63,914 nt of DNA, filler included, from Rhabdomonas costata (GCA_019059605.1; 50 parts of 50 records of this genome joined end to end with filler, not necessarily neighbours in it); one strand, 5' to 3'; positions 13,300 to 25,328 are shown, counted from the first letter of the whole stretch. The notes: generated from the sequence alone by a model not told the origin. Numbers and translations: made by a program.

Positions 13300-13330
13300 T
13301 TAAAATTATTACACATAAATAATTTTAATT
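13298..13330. terminator. Perfect 13-bp AT hairpin overlapping the dUTPase stop codon, a putative Mimiviridae-type 3'-end signal
   Basis: AATTAAAATTATT-acacata-AATAATTTTAATT lies between two convergent genes. Confidence 0.6.
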
Positions 13331-13384
13331 CAAAAAATAAATTAATAAATTTACTAAATTAATGCACTATTTGTGAAAGATTTT

Positions 13385-13990
13385 TTATTTTAAAATAAAA
13401 TATTTTACTGTATCATAATACGTTTTATTTATATTGTGATTATTGTGTGAACCATTTACTGTTAACATTTTATAATTTCTTAAATATTTACAAATTTGTA
13501 ATGATTCATCATAGGATGTAATTTCATCATCAACACTGTGAATAACAAGAAATTTTGTTGTTGTATATAATTGTTGTGAAAGATAGTTACATGTATTATA
13601 TTTATGACCGTAAAATATACGTAAAACATACCATATTGGTTTTGTAACTATATTACTTGAATGTTTGTCAATATTTGCAAATCCTGAATTTAAAATAACT
13701 TTTGAAACACAAATATTCTGTTTACATAATGTATTATATAAATATGAAACAACAGTACAACCTAATGAATAACCATATAAAATTATATTTTCAGGTTTGT
13801 AATATTTTGTTAAATAACACCATACATAATATGCATCTTGATATATTCCATATTCTGATGGTTTCCCTGTACTTTTACCAAAACCACGATAATCAAACAT
13901 AATTATAGACACATAATTTTTAATTAAATTAGCTTTATAAATTGAATTATAAATATTACCAAAATTACCAGTAGCAAATAAAACAATTGA
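13385..13990 (-). CDS. Alpha/beta hydrolase (ABHD12/13/17-like), 5'-truncated at the contig end
   Basis: The frame is open to the contig end (IVLFATGNFGN...). It contains DYRGFGKSTGKPSE, the nucleophile elbow GYSLG, IHSxDDEI and the GSHN catalytic His. Confidence 0.92.
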   Translation of the reverse strand, partial: SIVLFATGNFGNIYNSIYKANLIKNYVSIIMFDYRGFGKSTGKPSEYGIYQDAYYVWCYLTKYYKPENIILYGYSLGCTVVSYLYNTLCKQNICVSKVILNSGFANIDKHSSNIVTKPIWYVLRIFYGHKYNTCNYLSQQLYTTTKFLVIHSVDDEITSYDESLQICKYLRNYKMLTVNGSHNNHNINKTYYDTVKYFILK

Positions 13991-15372
13991 TNNNNNNNNN
14001 NNNNNNNNNNNNNNNNNNNNNNNNNNNNNNNNNNNTTAATTAATTAANNNNNNNNNNNNNNNNNNNNNNNNNNNNNNNNNNNNNNNNNNNNGTGGGGGTG
14101 GTGAGAGCCTAAGCAATGCATCGGGTGGTGGGGCTAGAGCTAGAGAAGGGCTGATGACGATCGAAATAAAAACTATTGATCCAGTGCTTTTCAGAAGACC
14201 AGCATAATGAGTCAAGGTTGAGTTGAATCGAAAACACCCATTCAGGAAGGACCTTCCTGACTGGTATGCGCTGGTCTTTTTTGTGTTACGGAATATTACG
14301 GAATGCCTAAGGACCAAGGGGAGTTGTGACCATCGTGGTTGAGGTACGTGAACGGAATGGCGGGTTATCAGCTGGTGTCGACAAGCCTTTCCAGACCAAT
14401 GTTCTCAGGTGAGGGAGTGGGGCTCCAAGCAGTGCCAACAAATCATACACAACAAAACGCACAGGACATAAGATACTCTGCAAGCGGACCTTTTCATGCA
14501 AATCGGACACAATGACGACAACAATGTCGTCCGTTACGGGTGGGCAAGAACGCGGGACCCCCCCCCCCAGGAGAGGATAGTAAGTTGGGTGGTGATGGGA
14601 TATTTGGGCAGTGGAGGTAGTGGAAGCTACTGAACACATTGCGAGACGAAGAGTGAAGAACCCGCTGCCTTGAAAGCTGAAGTGCGATATTTCCGCCCGG
14701 CGAGAGTGCAGCAGCTCCCGCAGAGTAGTGCGCTTTTGCAAGCGGACACGCACAAACACACAAGAGCAACACACCCTGCGCCAGCTCCCGCCAGTGCACC
14801 CCCAACGGAGGCGACGGCTGAGGCGGCATTCTTGATGGTCTTCTGGCTGTATCCCTTACGGCTCAGGGAGCCTCTGATTAGCCAGGCCGTGTTCAAGCCC
14901 TGGCGGGCGACAAAGGTCGCAGTGATTCCCAGAACGCTCCCTGTCAGAGCAGAGAAGGCACGGGCCTCCCACTGACCGCAAGTGTTCCTTGCAACCAGGG
15001 ACGCCGTTGATGTGAGCACAATCCGCCCGTATTGATTTTTTCTCGCAAAAATCGGGGATGGCACTTTTAGCGATTCCCCCGTCCTTTTTTTGCGTTTTCT
15101 TTCTTCCCAACTGCAAAAGTGAGGACCCACCTTGCCCATAGTATTCTACATTTGAATTCAAAATAAAGAGGGCCTCTTAGACACTTCTGAACGGCAGATG
15201 GGGACTTACGTATGTATTTGTTCTGTAAGGAGCATCTCCAGCTGCTCTGCAGCGGGAGATGCCCCAAACAACNNNNNNNNNNNNNNNNNNNNNNNNNNNN
15301 NNNNNNNNNNNNNNNNTTAATTAATTAANNNNNNNNNNNNNNNNNNNNNNNNNNNNNNNNNNNNNNNNNNNN

Positions 15373-15650
15373 CCAATCGTCGGGGGCCTCATCGGAAATG
15401 GGGGGGTAGGACCACTTACTTCGGCCCAAAACCTCGCCCTATTCGCTGGGTGACATCCGCCATGGTCACTCCCGGACCGGACCGGACCGGAGACCTAACA
15501 TTGACCTCAGAACTCGAGCTAGAGTGACGGGTTGGGGCTCATATTTGCTGTTAAGGTAGTACTCCTGAGATGAGTTGGTTGGCCGCTTCCCGGCCTCGGA
15601 GTCCTTCTCTACGCCGAGATATGGCCCCAACATCCCGTTTTTCCCTTCAC
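15373..15650. repeat. Dispersed intronic repeat, copy 1 (modules C and A, with (GGACC)n)
   Basis: 15373-15468 is nearly identical to 16458-16546, and 15474-15645 aligns with 39716-39885. Confidence 0.9.
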
Positions 15651-15676
15651 TCATTCAAGTTCAGACCAGTGCAGAC

Positions 15677-16294
15677 CTGGACAAGCCTGGGGTCGTCCAG
15701 CACGGCAAGCAAGCCCAGCTCCTTCAGAGCGGAGTGCACCGTGACAATGGGCTTGTACGGCTTGAACCCTAGCGCCCGAGAGGCCTCCTCGGAGCAGGCA
15801 TCCTGCATCAGGTACATCAGCTTCCCGTACTCCGTCCGCATCTTGTCGGGGTTCATAATCTGGGAGCAGGCCACGTAGCGTGCACGCACATAACCAAAAA
15901 AAAAATCGGGAAAACCCACCACAAAGAAATTTCTTTTGCAAATCGATGAAGGTGTCATGCTGAACGACAGTTGTCACTTCATTGGATCCCCTAAAAACCT
16001 TCCCCTCTCCCCTCGTTGTCTGAGGGTTTCACGTGACACACACAACATGCTGTGACAGAGGAAAGCCCGCGGACCCATATTGTAAGAGCAGTCATCCAAA
16101 GGGATAAGTAATAGGCAAATCCAAAGCAGGTCAGGTGGTGTCGCCATGAATGAAAAATCATGGAATGATTGCGGCCTCAATGATGGGCGACCCACGGACG
16201 GGGCTCCGCCGCTGCAAACCTTGTATCGCCGGCCAATCTCAAACAGCGATGCGAAGAAGTCGGCATTCTCGCGGAGGCTGACCTTCTCTGTGAC
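15677..16294 (-). CDS. UPF0652/DUF2009 family protein, two exons (about 16294-16220; 15859-15677)
   Basis: The spliced NADFFASLFEIGRRYK|IMNPDKMRTEYGKLMYLMQDA...PIVTV is the conserved DUF2009 block. The intron is GT-AG. Confidence 0.85.
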
Positions 16295-16374
16295 CTCGAG
16301 GGAGCGCTGAAGACCCCCCACCCCCACAAATTGAGCCTAGCAAGGCGACATCGGAGGCTCTAAATAGGGTTTTT

Positions 16375-16546
16375 GACAGTTCTTTCTCTTTTCGCTGTTC
16401 TGGGGGTTCTACCAGGTGGGCCTATCTAGCCTCTTCAGCCGGCCTCGGGAACCTCACCAATCGTCGGGGGCCTCATCGGAAATGGGGGGGTAGGACCACT
16501 TACTTCAACCCAAAACCTCACCCGGGTGACATCAGCCATGGTCACC
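16375..16546. repeat. Dispersed intronic repeat, copy 2 (modules B and C)
   Basis: Module B (ttctcttttcgctgttctggggg...tatctagcctcttcagcc...aacctcacca) matches the reverse complement of 39963-40050. Module C matches 15373-15468. Confidence 0.88.
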
Positions 16547-17516
16547 CCCACACNNNNNNNNNNNNNNNNNNNNNNNNNNNNNNNNNNNNNNNNNNNNTTA
16601 ATTAATTAANNNNNNNNNNNNNNNNNNNNNNNNNNNNNNNNNNNNNNNNNNNNTTTTTTGGGGTTGTAGAACACGAAAAACACAGTTTGATGCTTCGATT
16701 CGACCACCTTGACGCTGAAAATGCCGATTTTTTTTGGCCGATATTTGGACCTTTTCGAGGCCTGCCTCGGTGGTAGTTAAAGGCCATTGAAAAGGGTCGA
16801 AAATGGGGTTTTCAGGGTGAAAGAAATTCGACCCTCCGGAAATCGACCCAACAGGATGTTTCTGATGTCGGAGGTGCCGAAAAACGCGTTTTTATGCGGA
16901 TTTGAGGGTTTTTTGAGCCTCTGGTGACGGATTTTTGAGGCAAATCCCTTGAAAAGAGGGCTTTTTGGCGTCAAAAAGGGCTTCAAAAGGGGTGAAAATG
17001 AGGGAATTTCGGCCACTTGGGTAATGTGGTGCTTCGGTTCCAATAGCTGCAAACCGGGGAATCCATGTTGGGATAAGCATGCACCCTCGTTTCGTTACGG
17101 GACACCTTAGCGCTGCGCCGCGGCGCAGCGCCCTTACTTGTCTTTTAGCTTTATTACCTTCTTCTCCCACTTCCTTCACTTTTTTTCGCACTGCTGGCAG
17201 GTCATGTTGCTTCAATTCATGCCTTCTCCCCCATAACGGTAACATTCATGCAACTCTGGTCTCATTCATTGTGGCGACTGTGTGGCCATTCGACATCAGC
17301 ACATTAGATCCCAAGTTGCTCCTGTATCCTCATTTTTCATGAGTAACGTCTAAATTTAGCTTTCTGTATATTAACGCCGATTCGCGGTGTGTACTGAGGA
17401 ACGTTCACACAAAATGTTTGGTTATGTTTATGACTGGAATAGTCCGTTCTTCCCCTGAAAGTTGTACCCTGGCCGCGCTCTTTTTGCTCTCCCACGCTTT
17501 CCCGTATCGCTCCCAG

Positions 17517-17614
17517 GTGGACTACTTCGACCCAACCGTCAACCTCGCTGCACGGGTTGCCTCGAAAGCGATGGGAGGGCAGATCCTTCTCAGCGAGGAC
17601 CTCTATGACAAGCT
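17517..17614 (+). CDS. Class III adenylate/guanylate cyclase exon (euglenozoan receptor-AC-like)
   Basis: cccag|VDYFDPTVNLAARVASKAMGGQILLSEDLY retains the NxAxR catalytic motif. Confidence 0.85.
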
Positions 17615-18666
17615 GTACCTCCCAAATTGGGACAGCTGCTCACCACTGGTTGCTTTTTGATTGGGTTACCGGGGTCTTGAAAAGTAGTGTGGGCCAAAAG
17701 TATGGTACCAGTGAGACTGAACCCGATTGAAACAAAAGAAATCTGAGTAGTCGAGGGTTAGCACGCAGGATCACGATACTTTTGGCCCACACTACTTTTC
17801 AAGACCCCGGTAACCCAATCAAAAACCAACCNNNNNNNNNNNNNNNNNNNNNNNNNNNNNNNNNNNNNNNNNNNNTTAATTAATTAANNNNNNNNNNNNN
17901 NNNNNNNNNNNNNNNNNNNNNNNNNNNNNNNTGAGTGAGTGCAAGTTTGTGCGGTGGATGTTGGAAGGATGCAGCAATGCCCACTAAGAAGGCATACTGG
18001 GTGCTTCACTGTAATGGGGTGGTTGTGAGGGAGGTAACATTGACGTGAGAACAGCATTGAATTTGCGGGCTGGCGGATAAACCAGAGAACACCATGGTGC
18101 TGAGGTGGATGTGAGCGGCTGGAGGTGCGATGGAAGGAGTACTGGAGGTTTGTGTGGTCGACGGTTCTGCTTCCGTTCTGTTCCGTTTGCCAAGGTGCTT
18201 CAAAACGCATGCGCACTACTCGCAACGAAAGCGCCATAACAGTGAAGTTTAGCCCGACAGTCGAATTGTCGAACGGAAGATCCGCATGAGGGGAAACACC
18301 CTCCGTGACGTGAGCAGCATCACAGAAACAAAAACGAACCCGTGCTAGTAATTTCTGATGAAGACGCAGGGTCTCGTGTATTAGTGTGTACGTGCGCGTG
18401 CGCGTGCGCGTGTGTGTACACAGGTGCCCGTGCAAGGCCCAAAATTAATTGAGCATTCGAGATTTAAAAACCTTGAATCTGGGGCGCGGAGTGCAGCGGA
18501 ATCATCTCCAAACATCCCAAAAATCCCAGGGTACACGTGCATTGCCACACTAACCCCCTGCAAAACGGAACAGCAGACAAACCCTGGTGCTTGTGGTACC
18601 CAGGGTACCCGCACAGACCACTTTACCAGCCCCAGGATTGATCGCAACAAAGCAGGGCAGCCATAC

Positions 18667-18863
18667 CGGCACCGGGCGCACATGGGCTCCCCCAGAGACT
18701 TCTCCCCGACACACGCCAGGCAGAGATGTGCAGCGCAGTACCGCATCCCATCCGTGACATGGCCAGAGCACGTCCCGCTGCTGTGAGCGCACCGAGAAGC
18801 GCAGTTCCGCATCCCACCCGTGACATGGCCAGAGCACGTCCCGCTGCTGTGGGCGCACCGCGC
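18667..18863 (-). CDS. Exon encoding a Cys/His-rich (zinc-finger-like) domain with an internal 66-bp duplication
   Basis: ccgcag|...|gtatgg boundaries enclose RCAHSSGTCSGHVTGGMRNCAS-RCAHSSGTCSGHVTDGMRYCAAHLCLAC...CARC. Confidence 0.55.
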
Positions 18864-21794
18864 CTGCGGACAGAAAGAGAGCACTGCATAACGTGCAGCG
18901 GTGAGCCAAACTGGGCGGCTGGAGCGAGCATCTCCTAAACCCTCACCTATCATCACACAAGACATTTCAGATCACATCGAGATTGTCGAGGAAGACGCGT
19001 AGTGGCCGCGATATGCGCGAACTGTGAAAGAGATACATGCAATCCATCGTAACGCGGTGTAGTTCGTCGACGACGTTTATCGCAGGCAACCGAGACTGCA
19101 ACACCACCAACCNNNNNNNNNNNNNNNNNNNNNNNNNNNNNNNNNNNNNNNNNNNNTTAATTAATTAANNNNNNNNNNNNNNNNNNNNNNNNNNNNNNNN
19201 NNNNNNNNNNNNTTGTGGTTTCGGCACTGAAGCAAACCAGGTTCGCACCAGACGCAGAGCTTCTGCAGGTGAGGTTGATTGACACGCTGGTGCCGCATGT
19301 TTCACTCACTCGTTTCGAGCGAGCGAGCGAGCGAGAATGAGAGAAGACACGCAGGTGTTGCTAGAGAATAGTTGGAAGTATGGAGCATTCAAGAGGGGAA
19401 AATAGAGGCAATGTGATGAAAGAAGTGAAGCGAAGGACGCAATCAAGGAAGAGCGCAGCGAGGGAAGGCGTGGATACAAGAGCAGTTGGGACCAAAAGGC
19501 AGAAGGCAGCGGATGAGATCAAGAGGTGTGGTGGCATCAAAGCATAGCATGGAGCGATGTTAGAGAGGAGGATTTTCTCCAAGTTTGGTTTCAGCAGGAT
19601 CCGAAGGAGATCAACGGCAGGTCATAGAGACGAAGAAGAAGCCCCTCAAGAACAAGGCCGACCACAAGCAAGGAGATCAAGGAAATCAATCAGAGATGAG
19701 AAGAGCGATGAAGGAAAACCCAACCGACAAAAAAAGGAGTAAGCCGCGCAAGGTGTGGTGGTTCCATTTCCTTCTTTCTTATATCACAGAATAATTTGGT
19801 GTGGTTTGGTGTGTTTTGAGCATTGGAATTGCTACTAGGTCCTTTGCGTCCCATTAGTTTGGCAAAACGGGGAGTGAGGAAGAATGCCATTCGGCTAATT
19901 CCCCAGCAAGCGGCGCCGTCCGCAGGACAAGTTCGAAGCGCCTGGTGCACGGGCAAGCGGGGCTGTTAAGTGGATTCAGCTTAGTTCCCTTGCGAGTGAT
20001 TCGGGTCGAAGAGAAGGCGGTCGAGTCCCCTACGCGGTGAGGAGATAATGGAAGCGGGAGCGTCAGTCGGGCATTCGATTACGCCGTTTGGGGTGGTCAG
20101 TGCAAACCTACCGGTGGCTGAGGGATCAGTTGACGGGGGATGGTACGCCATGAAGTCAGTAACATTGCTAGTGGCGATCGCGTCTCCGCCCAGAAGAGTG
20201 CCGTTTGTGAAACGCAGAGAGGCGCAAGACAACGCAGTTAGGACCCTGTCACCTAGACCCCCACCTTCGACGACAAGTATCCCCCTTTGGGGGGAAGCTG
20301 TTTGGGCAGCGCAAGAGGAGGATTCCACAGAATCATTTCACCGGTTAGATACGGACCAAGAGTAGGTGGTAGACTGGTGGTGGGACAGAGGTCCNNNNNN
20401 NNNNNNNNNNNNNNNNNNNNNNNNNNNNNNNNNNNNNNTTAATTAATTAANNNNNNNNNNNNNNNNNNNNNNNNNNNNNNNNNNNNNNNNNNNNTTGGGG
20501 GGGGGGGCGCGTAGGCGGGTTCGAATTTTACCCGAGCGGCCGGGTCGGCTTGTAGCTCGGCTTTTGTGTTAGGTTGCAGTTTCGTTTTTTTTGTCCTTGG
20601 GCGCGCGTTACTCCGGGGCGGGACGGCCGCGTCAAACTGTTCCGGCCAAACGGTTGCCAGACGAACGGTCTGACGATGAGTGGTTTTGATGGTAGCCGAA
20701 GGCGAGGCCCATCCGGAATCGGACCCTGGCGCGGTCGGCCGCCAATGCTGAAAATTCGGGGTCCCGCTTCCCAAGCGTTTTACCGTTCTACAAACGGAGC
20801 GTTTGATTCCAGATCCTGCGGCCCACGGAGTACCCACGGCAAGGCAATGGCTTCCGCTGAGGGCCTTGGGTTTTAGCGTGACACAACACACATGCCATGT
20901 ATTTGCGTCGTACAACCCCTCTCATTTCCCCTGCCTTTCAAAAGACAAACCACAAGACCACTTACCAGGAACCTTCATAGCAAGTGGGATCTTGCCCTCG
21001 GGAATATTCCAGAAGACGCACCACCCGGAGTGACGCCTGAACTTCTCACGAGACCCTCTGTCTTTCCAGTACTCTCGTGTAGCTTTTGTGGGCTGGGACA
21101 TCGCTGGAACCCCGATGAGTCCGCGAGAGTCGCGACGGGCGACCGCGGGTGGTGTGGTAACCACGGTGCAAGCACACACTCCAGGACGTGGTCCGCGGCA
21201 AGGTAGGAGTCGCACACGTGCCGAAACTCCTGATAGATCCCCGTAACGTGCTGGTGAGCCTTGCCCACACTGATGGAACCTTTGATGGGAAGGAGTTCAG
21301 CAACTTTAGTAACTTGATGGCTCTTAACCAACGCAGCAGAATGAACAGAAAAGTTAAACCAAATAACTGCACGCTACGTTCCGCTCCAACGCCCACTGGA
21401 AGGGTCCAACTTCGCAAGCAAACCGACCCACACGAAAAACATGCACGTGGGAGCACACACATTCAAGGAGGCACGGCTTGGCTTTTGATGCCTGCGCTTG
21501 GGCACGCACAAACAGACGTAATTCGTCCGGGTTGTGTTTATCCCATGTCAGCTTTCTATCACCCTGTTCCCTGGGCTTCTCCGTTGGAGAACGGCTGCAT
21601 CGTACCACACAGACATAAGAGCAAAACGGAAACGCGCAGCAGCACACGCACGCGCGGACATCTGTGCACACCACTNNNNNNNNNNNNNNNNNNNNNNNNN
21701 NNNNNNNNNNNNNNNNNNNTTAATTAATTAANNNNNNNNNNNNNNNNNNNNNNNNNNNNNNNNNNNNNNNNNNNNTTGTGGGTGTGTTTGGGGG

Positions 21795-22777
21795 GGTGGG
21801 GCGGCCAGGCTGCGGTGGAACAGCGCCTCCTCACTCCGCTGCAAGGCCAGCGTCGACCTTCGCAGAGCTTCAGGGTACGCACTCTCTTGGGAGGCCTGCC
21901 GCACCTGCCATTAAATGCAACAGGCAGTCAATATGCCGCCATAAAAAGTCAGACAGCCTTTACAGTCAGACTTTACATTCTTCAACTCCACACTCCTGCC
22001 TTTACAAAGTAAGAAGTAGACTTTCAAGCACATTGCAGTGAACTTTCCCAGTGTGGGGGCATCGCAAACTCTCCGCTCTGCTTCTGTCCCAATCTACATT
22101 TGCATACACTCTCCACGGACTCTGAGACGATCATCGCGAGTTCCGGGGTGATGCTCAAGTTAGGAAGCTCGCTGACAAGCCTGTGAAAGGCTTGCAGACG
22201 GTCAACAGCCCGCGCTAACAGGTGGTTCGCCAGGTTGTGGTGGAACAGATCCACTTCCCATAGTGGAACGGCCACGTCAAACTTTGCCGCAGCATCCTTC
22301 CAGCCACTGAAAATAAACAAGCACACGAAGAACTTCAACTTGTCAGGTAAACAGCCACTTTGATCCACATACCGGCGTGAGCCATGAGCGGCATGAGGCT
22401 GCTTCTTTTTCACAAAGCAAAATATGTTCACTTGGTTTGCGAAAAAATCTCTCGGCATTCAAGATGCGACCCAGAAATTATCAGACGTGGTGAGATTGGA
22501 AAATGAAATGGCCAGGTTTGGATGGGCAAGCACGCTCGATTGACATAGGAACGGAAAAAAAGACCACCGTGAAGCAAACAATTTCATACAATTTCGGAAG
22601 AAAAAACTGCGGGCACTTATCACGTGTGCATATTTTGAAACAAAACTGCCAAAGAAGCACTCACCTTGGAAGGTGCAACCGCCAATGAATTCCAAAAAGG
22701 GCCTTGAGCAGCTCTCGAACTGCAGCCATTGGGACGCTCAGAAGGTCACAGGTGAGGAAGTACTCCTCTAAAGAAGC
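21795..22777 (-). CDS. PIGS: GPI transamidase subunit PIG-S-like, three exons (about 22777-22665; 22306-22108; 21904 to about 21795)
   Basis: Phase-consistent GT-AG joins give PMAAVRELLKALFGI...WEVDLF...AVDRLQAFHRLVSELPNLSI...VSESV...SEEALFHRSL. This parallels PIG-S (QLRLLFGI...WELD...SELAFFDPSLL). Confidence 0.72.
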
Positions 22778-25328
22778 CTAACAAAATGACGTAAAAATCT
22801 TTATCGATTCCAGGAATAATAATGGGAATCTGGGGGTTTTGAGTGCGATTCATAATTTATACGTCGACCTTGGCAAACTTCTAACTGTTAAACGGAAACT
22901 GGCTTCGAGAAATTAAGTTCCTGTCGCACCATCCTACACACAGTACCCCCACCACCNNNNNNNNNNNNNNNNNNNNNNNNNNNNNNNNNNNNNNNNNNNN
23001 TTAATTAATTAANNNNNNNNNNNNNNNNNNNNNNNNNNNNNNNNNNNNNNNNNNNNTCAGTGGACGGCCTCTCCCCACTCACTCATCTCCCCTTTTCTCG
23101 CTCCCGCCTACCATCATTTGTTCAACTTTCCCTCCCGTGCCACCGTTCTACCCCTCCGTGTCTGGTCCTTTCTGTTTACCGCCTTTCTTTACGCGATACT
23201 ACCTTTGTTTGTAGACGCCGCCCCTAGCCCTGAATTCGGTTTCCTGGTTTCGTCCTTCCGGCCACGTTCCTTCGCAACATCCACCTCCACACCAACATGG
23301 GTCACCTCGAAACAAGACGCTGAACTTTACGCAGTTTTTCACGTGCGCCAGGCCGCACTCCACTCGGGTACCCTCCTCCTTGAATCCTGCCCGACGCTTA
23401 TTCCAGACCAAACCTCATTCCACAGTTCTCGTCTCCTGCATACACACCGTTTTACACCTTCTTTTATCACTCATTCGCATTCTCGGCGTTCCCGCGCTCT
23501 GGCATCGTGATCTTCTGGTCGAAAGGATGAATGTTCAGATGAAAGTTCAACATATACACAAGGAACCACCATCACTTTTGACATCAGTACATTCGTTTGG
23601 GTTCTCGATAAAAAAATTTCACCCCAGTGGGTTTGCATTTTGGGGAAATTAAGGCTCATAACTACAAATTCCGCCCCAAGTCATTCACCTGATCGGACCC
23701 CCCACCCTTACCGCTGCTCACCCACTTTTCCGTTCCGTCCCCAACTACCAATGCCATTTTTGTCACCCTCACATTCCTATCCTGTTTCAGTCTTTGCATT
23801 TCGTTAGTTTTGAGCTTTACCGTTTTTGTTTCTTTTGCGGTAAGTTTACCCCTGCTGTATCTCTCCCGCTCCTTCCAAATTGTTTGTTTTTGTGTTGCTG
23901 CACTCTTTCCAAACTCTTGTACCCGTGTCGCAGTGCCATGAAATTTCACCTCCTAAAACAACTATCAAAACACCACAAATGAACCAAAACAGCGAACCTT
24001 CTGCAGAAAATGTAGCGCAATATAAAGCCTTTCTTGAACAACACCGCTTCACGAGACAAGAGTCAGCACCGTGCAGGCTTCATCAAAGCTGGCGAAGGTG
24101 AAGAAGAAAAAGAAAAAGAAAAAGGGAACACGGGGGGAGACTGGTAGAAACGTAGAACACCCGCGCAAACTTGGGCAGGAGGTTAGTGAGTGACTGGGCA
24201 CTGGGACATGCCAGGGAAGCGGCGATGACAAAACCCCNNNNNNNNNNNNNNNNNNNNNNNNNNNNNNNNNNNNNNNNNNNNTTAATTAATTAANNNNNNN
24301 NNNNNNNNNNNNNNNNNNNNNNNNNNNNNNNNNNNNNGTTTTTGGTTATTCTGATCCATTGCAATCAAAATTATTAATTTCCCATCTATTCCAAAAAAGA
24401 GCCGTTCACGTCAACAGTCCAAAAGAACAAGGCTTGGTGTGGAAAAGGATAGAATCGAAGGTATCCCATAGCTGCCAGTTAAACCTAACTAGATGGGCCT
24501 CGAAAACAAGTATGAGCTCGTCGTGCAGGCTTGGATCGCATCCAAGACAGCCGCGTGGACCCTGCCCACGTCAACGCAGCTTGAGCTTAAGCTTGCGTAT
24601 GCACCAGCGTAGTGCCAGGGCAGTGCACTTCGAAGCAAAATTCCTCAGTTAAGCATAAAGTCGCGGTTCTTGATCGCCAAAAACTCAAGACACTTGCAGC
24701 CTGGCACCGGTCAAGCTCACAGATCCAGGGCTGAACCCTGCGGGGAAGGCAGGAGGGTCCAAAAAAATGCACCCGAAAAGCAACCTGAGCTTTTGGGGGG
24801 TATTCTTACCACATCGGAATCCATTCGAAAAGGCTAAAACACAAACAAAAAAGACAGACAAAACATGTTTTTCGAGATCGCGCCACACAGAGTTTGCCTG
24901 CTGTATATATTAGGCATGCTTCTAGGTAGCCCTCTGACTTCTTTTGTATGAGTTTCGAACGGAAAGGTTATTGAAGGCCATCCTCTAAGGCTGAAATGCA
25001 GTGGAGACGTGGAGAGATCCGCGGCCGCCCTGGAACACCTCACCACCTCAAGGGGCTGGGGAACCCCAGATCATCTCCCGGAAAAGAGTGCCAGCCACGT
25101 GCCAAGGCCCGCGAGTTCCCCCACTGTAGCGCAGCCCGAGAGAGCTTCCGCAGGCCTTCAAAGCTCTGTCATAGGAAGCAGCCCTTCACACCCTGTCAAA
25201 GCTTCAACCAGCAGCATCAGCAGCTTGAAAACCACAGGTTGGAGTCTGTATCTCCGAGGAGAAATTTCATCAAATTTCATCCCTGAACTTCTTTGAAGGC
25301 AGCATCAAGGCTGCATCCGCGCAAATCA

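Noticed and set aside
12811-15272. Apparent insertion of the viral segment next to host genes
   Set aside because: The adjacency comes from concatenation, and no host-virus junction is present in the window.
17648-17831. 56-bp inverted repeat (possible MITE)
   Set aside because: One arm ends exactly at the contig end, and its only mismatch converts the sequence to a G/T-only primer-like end. This is most consistent with an amplification fold-back chimera.
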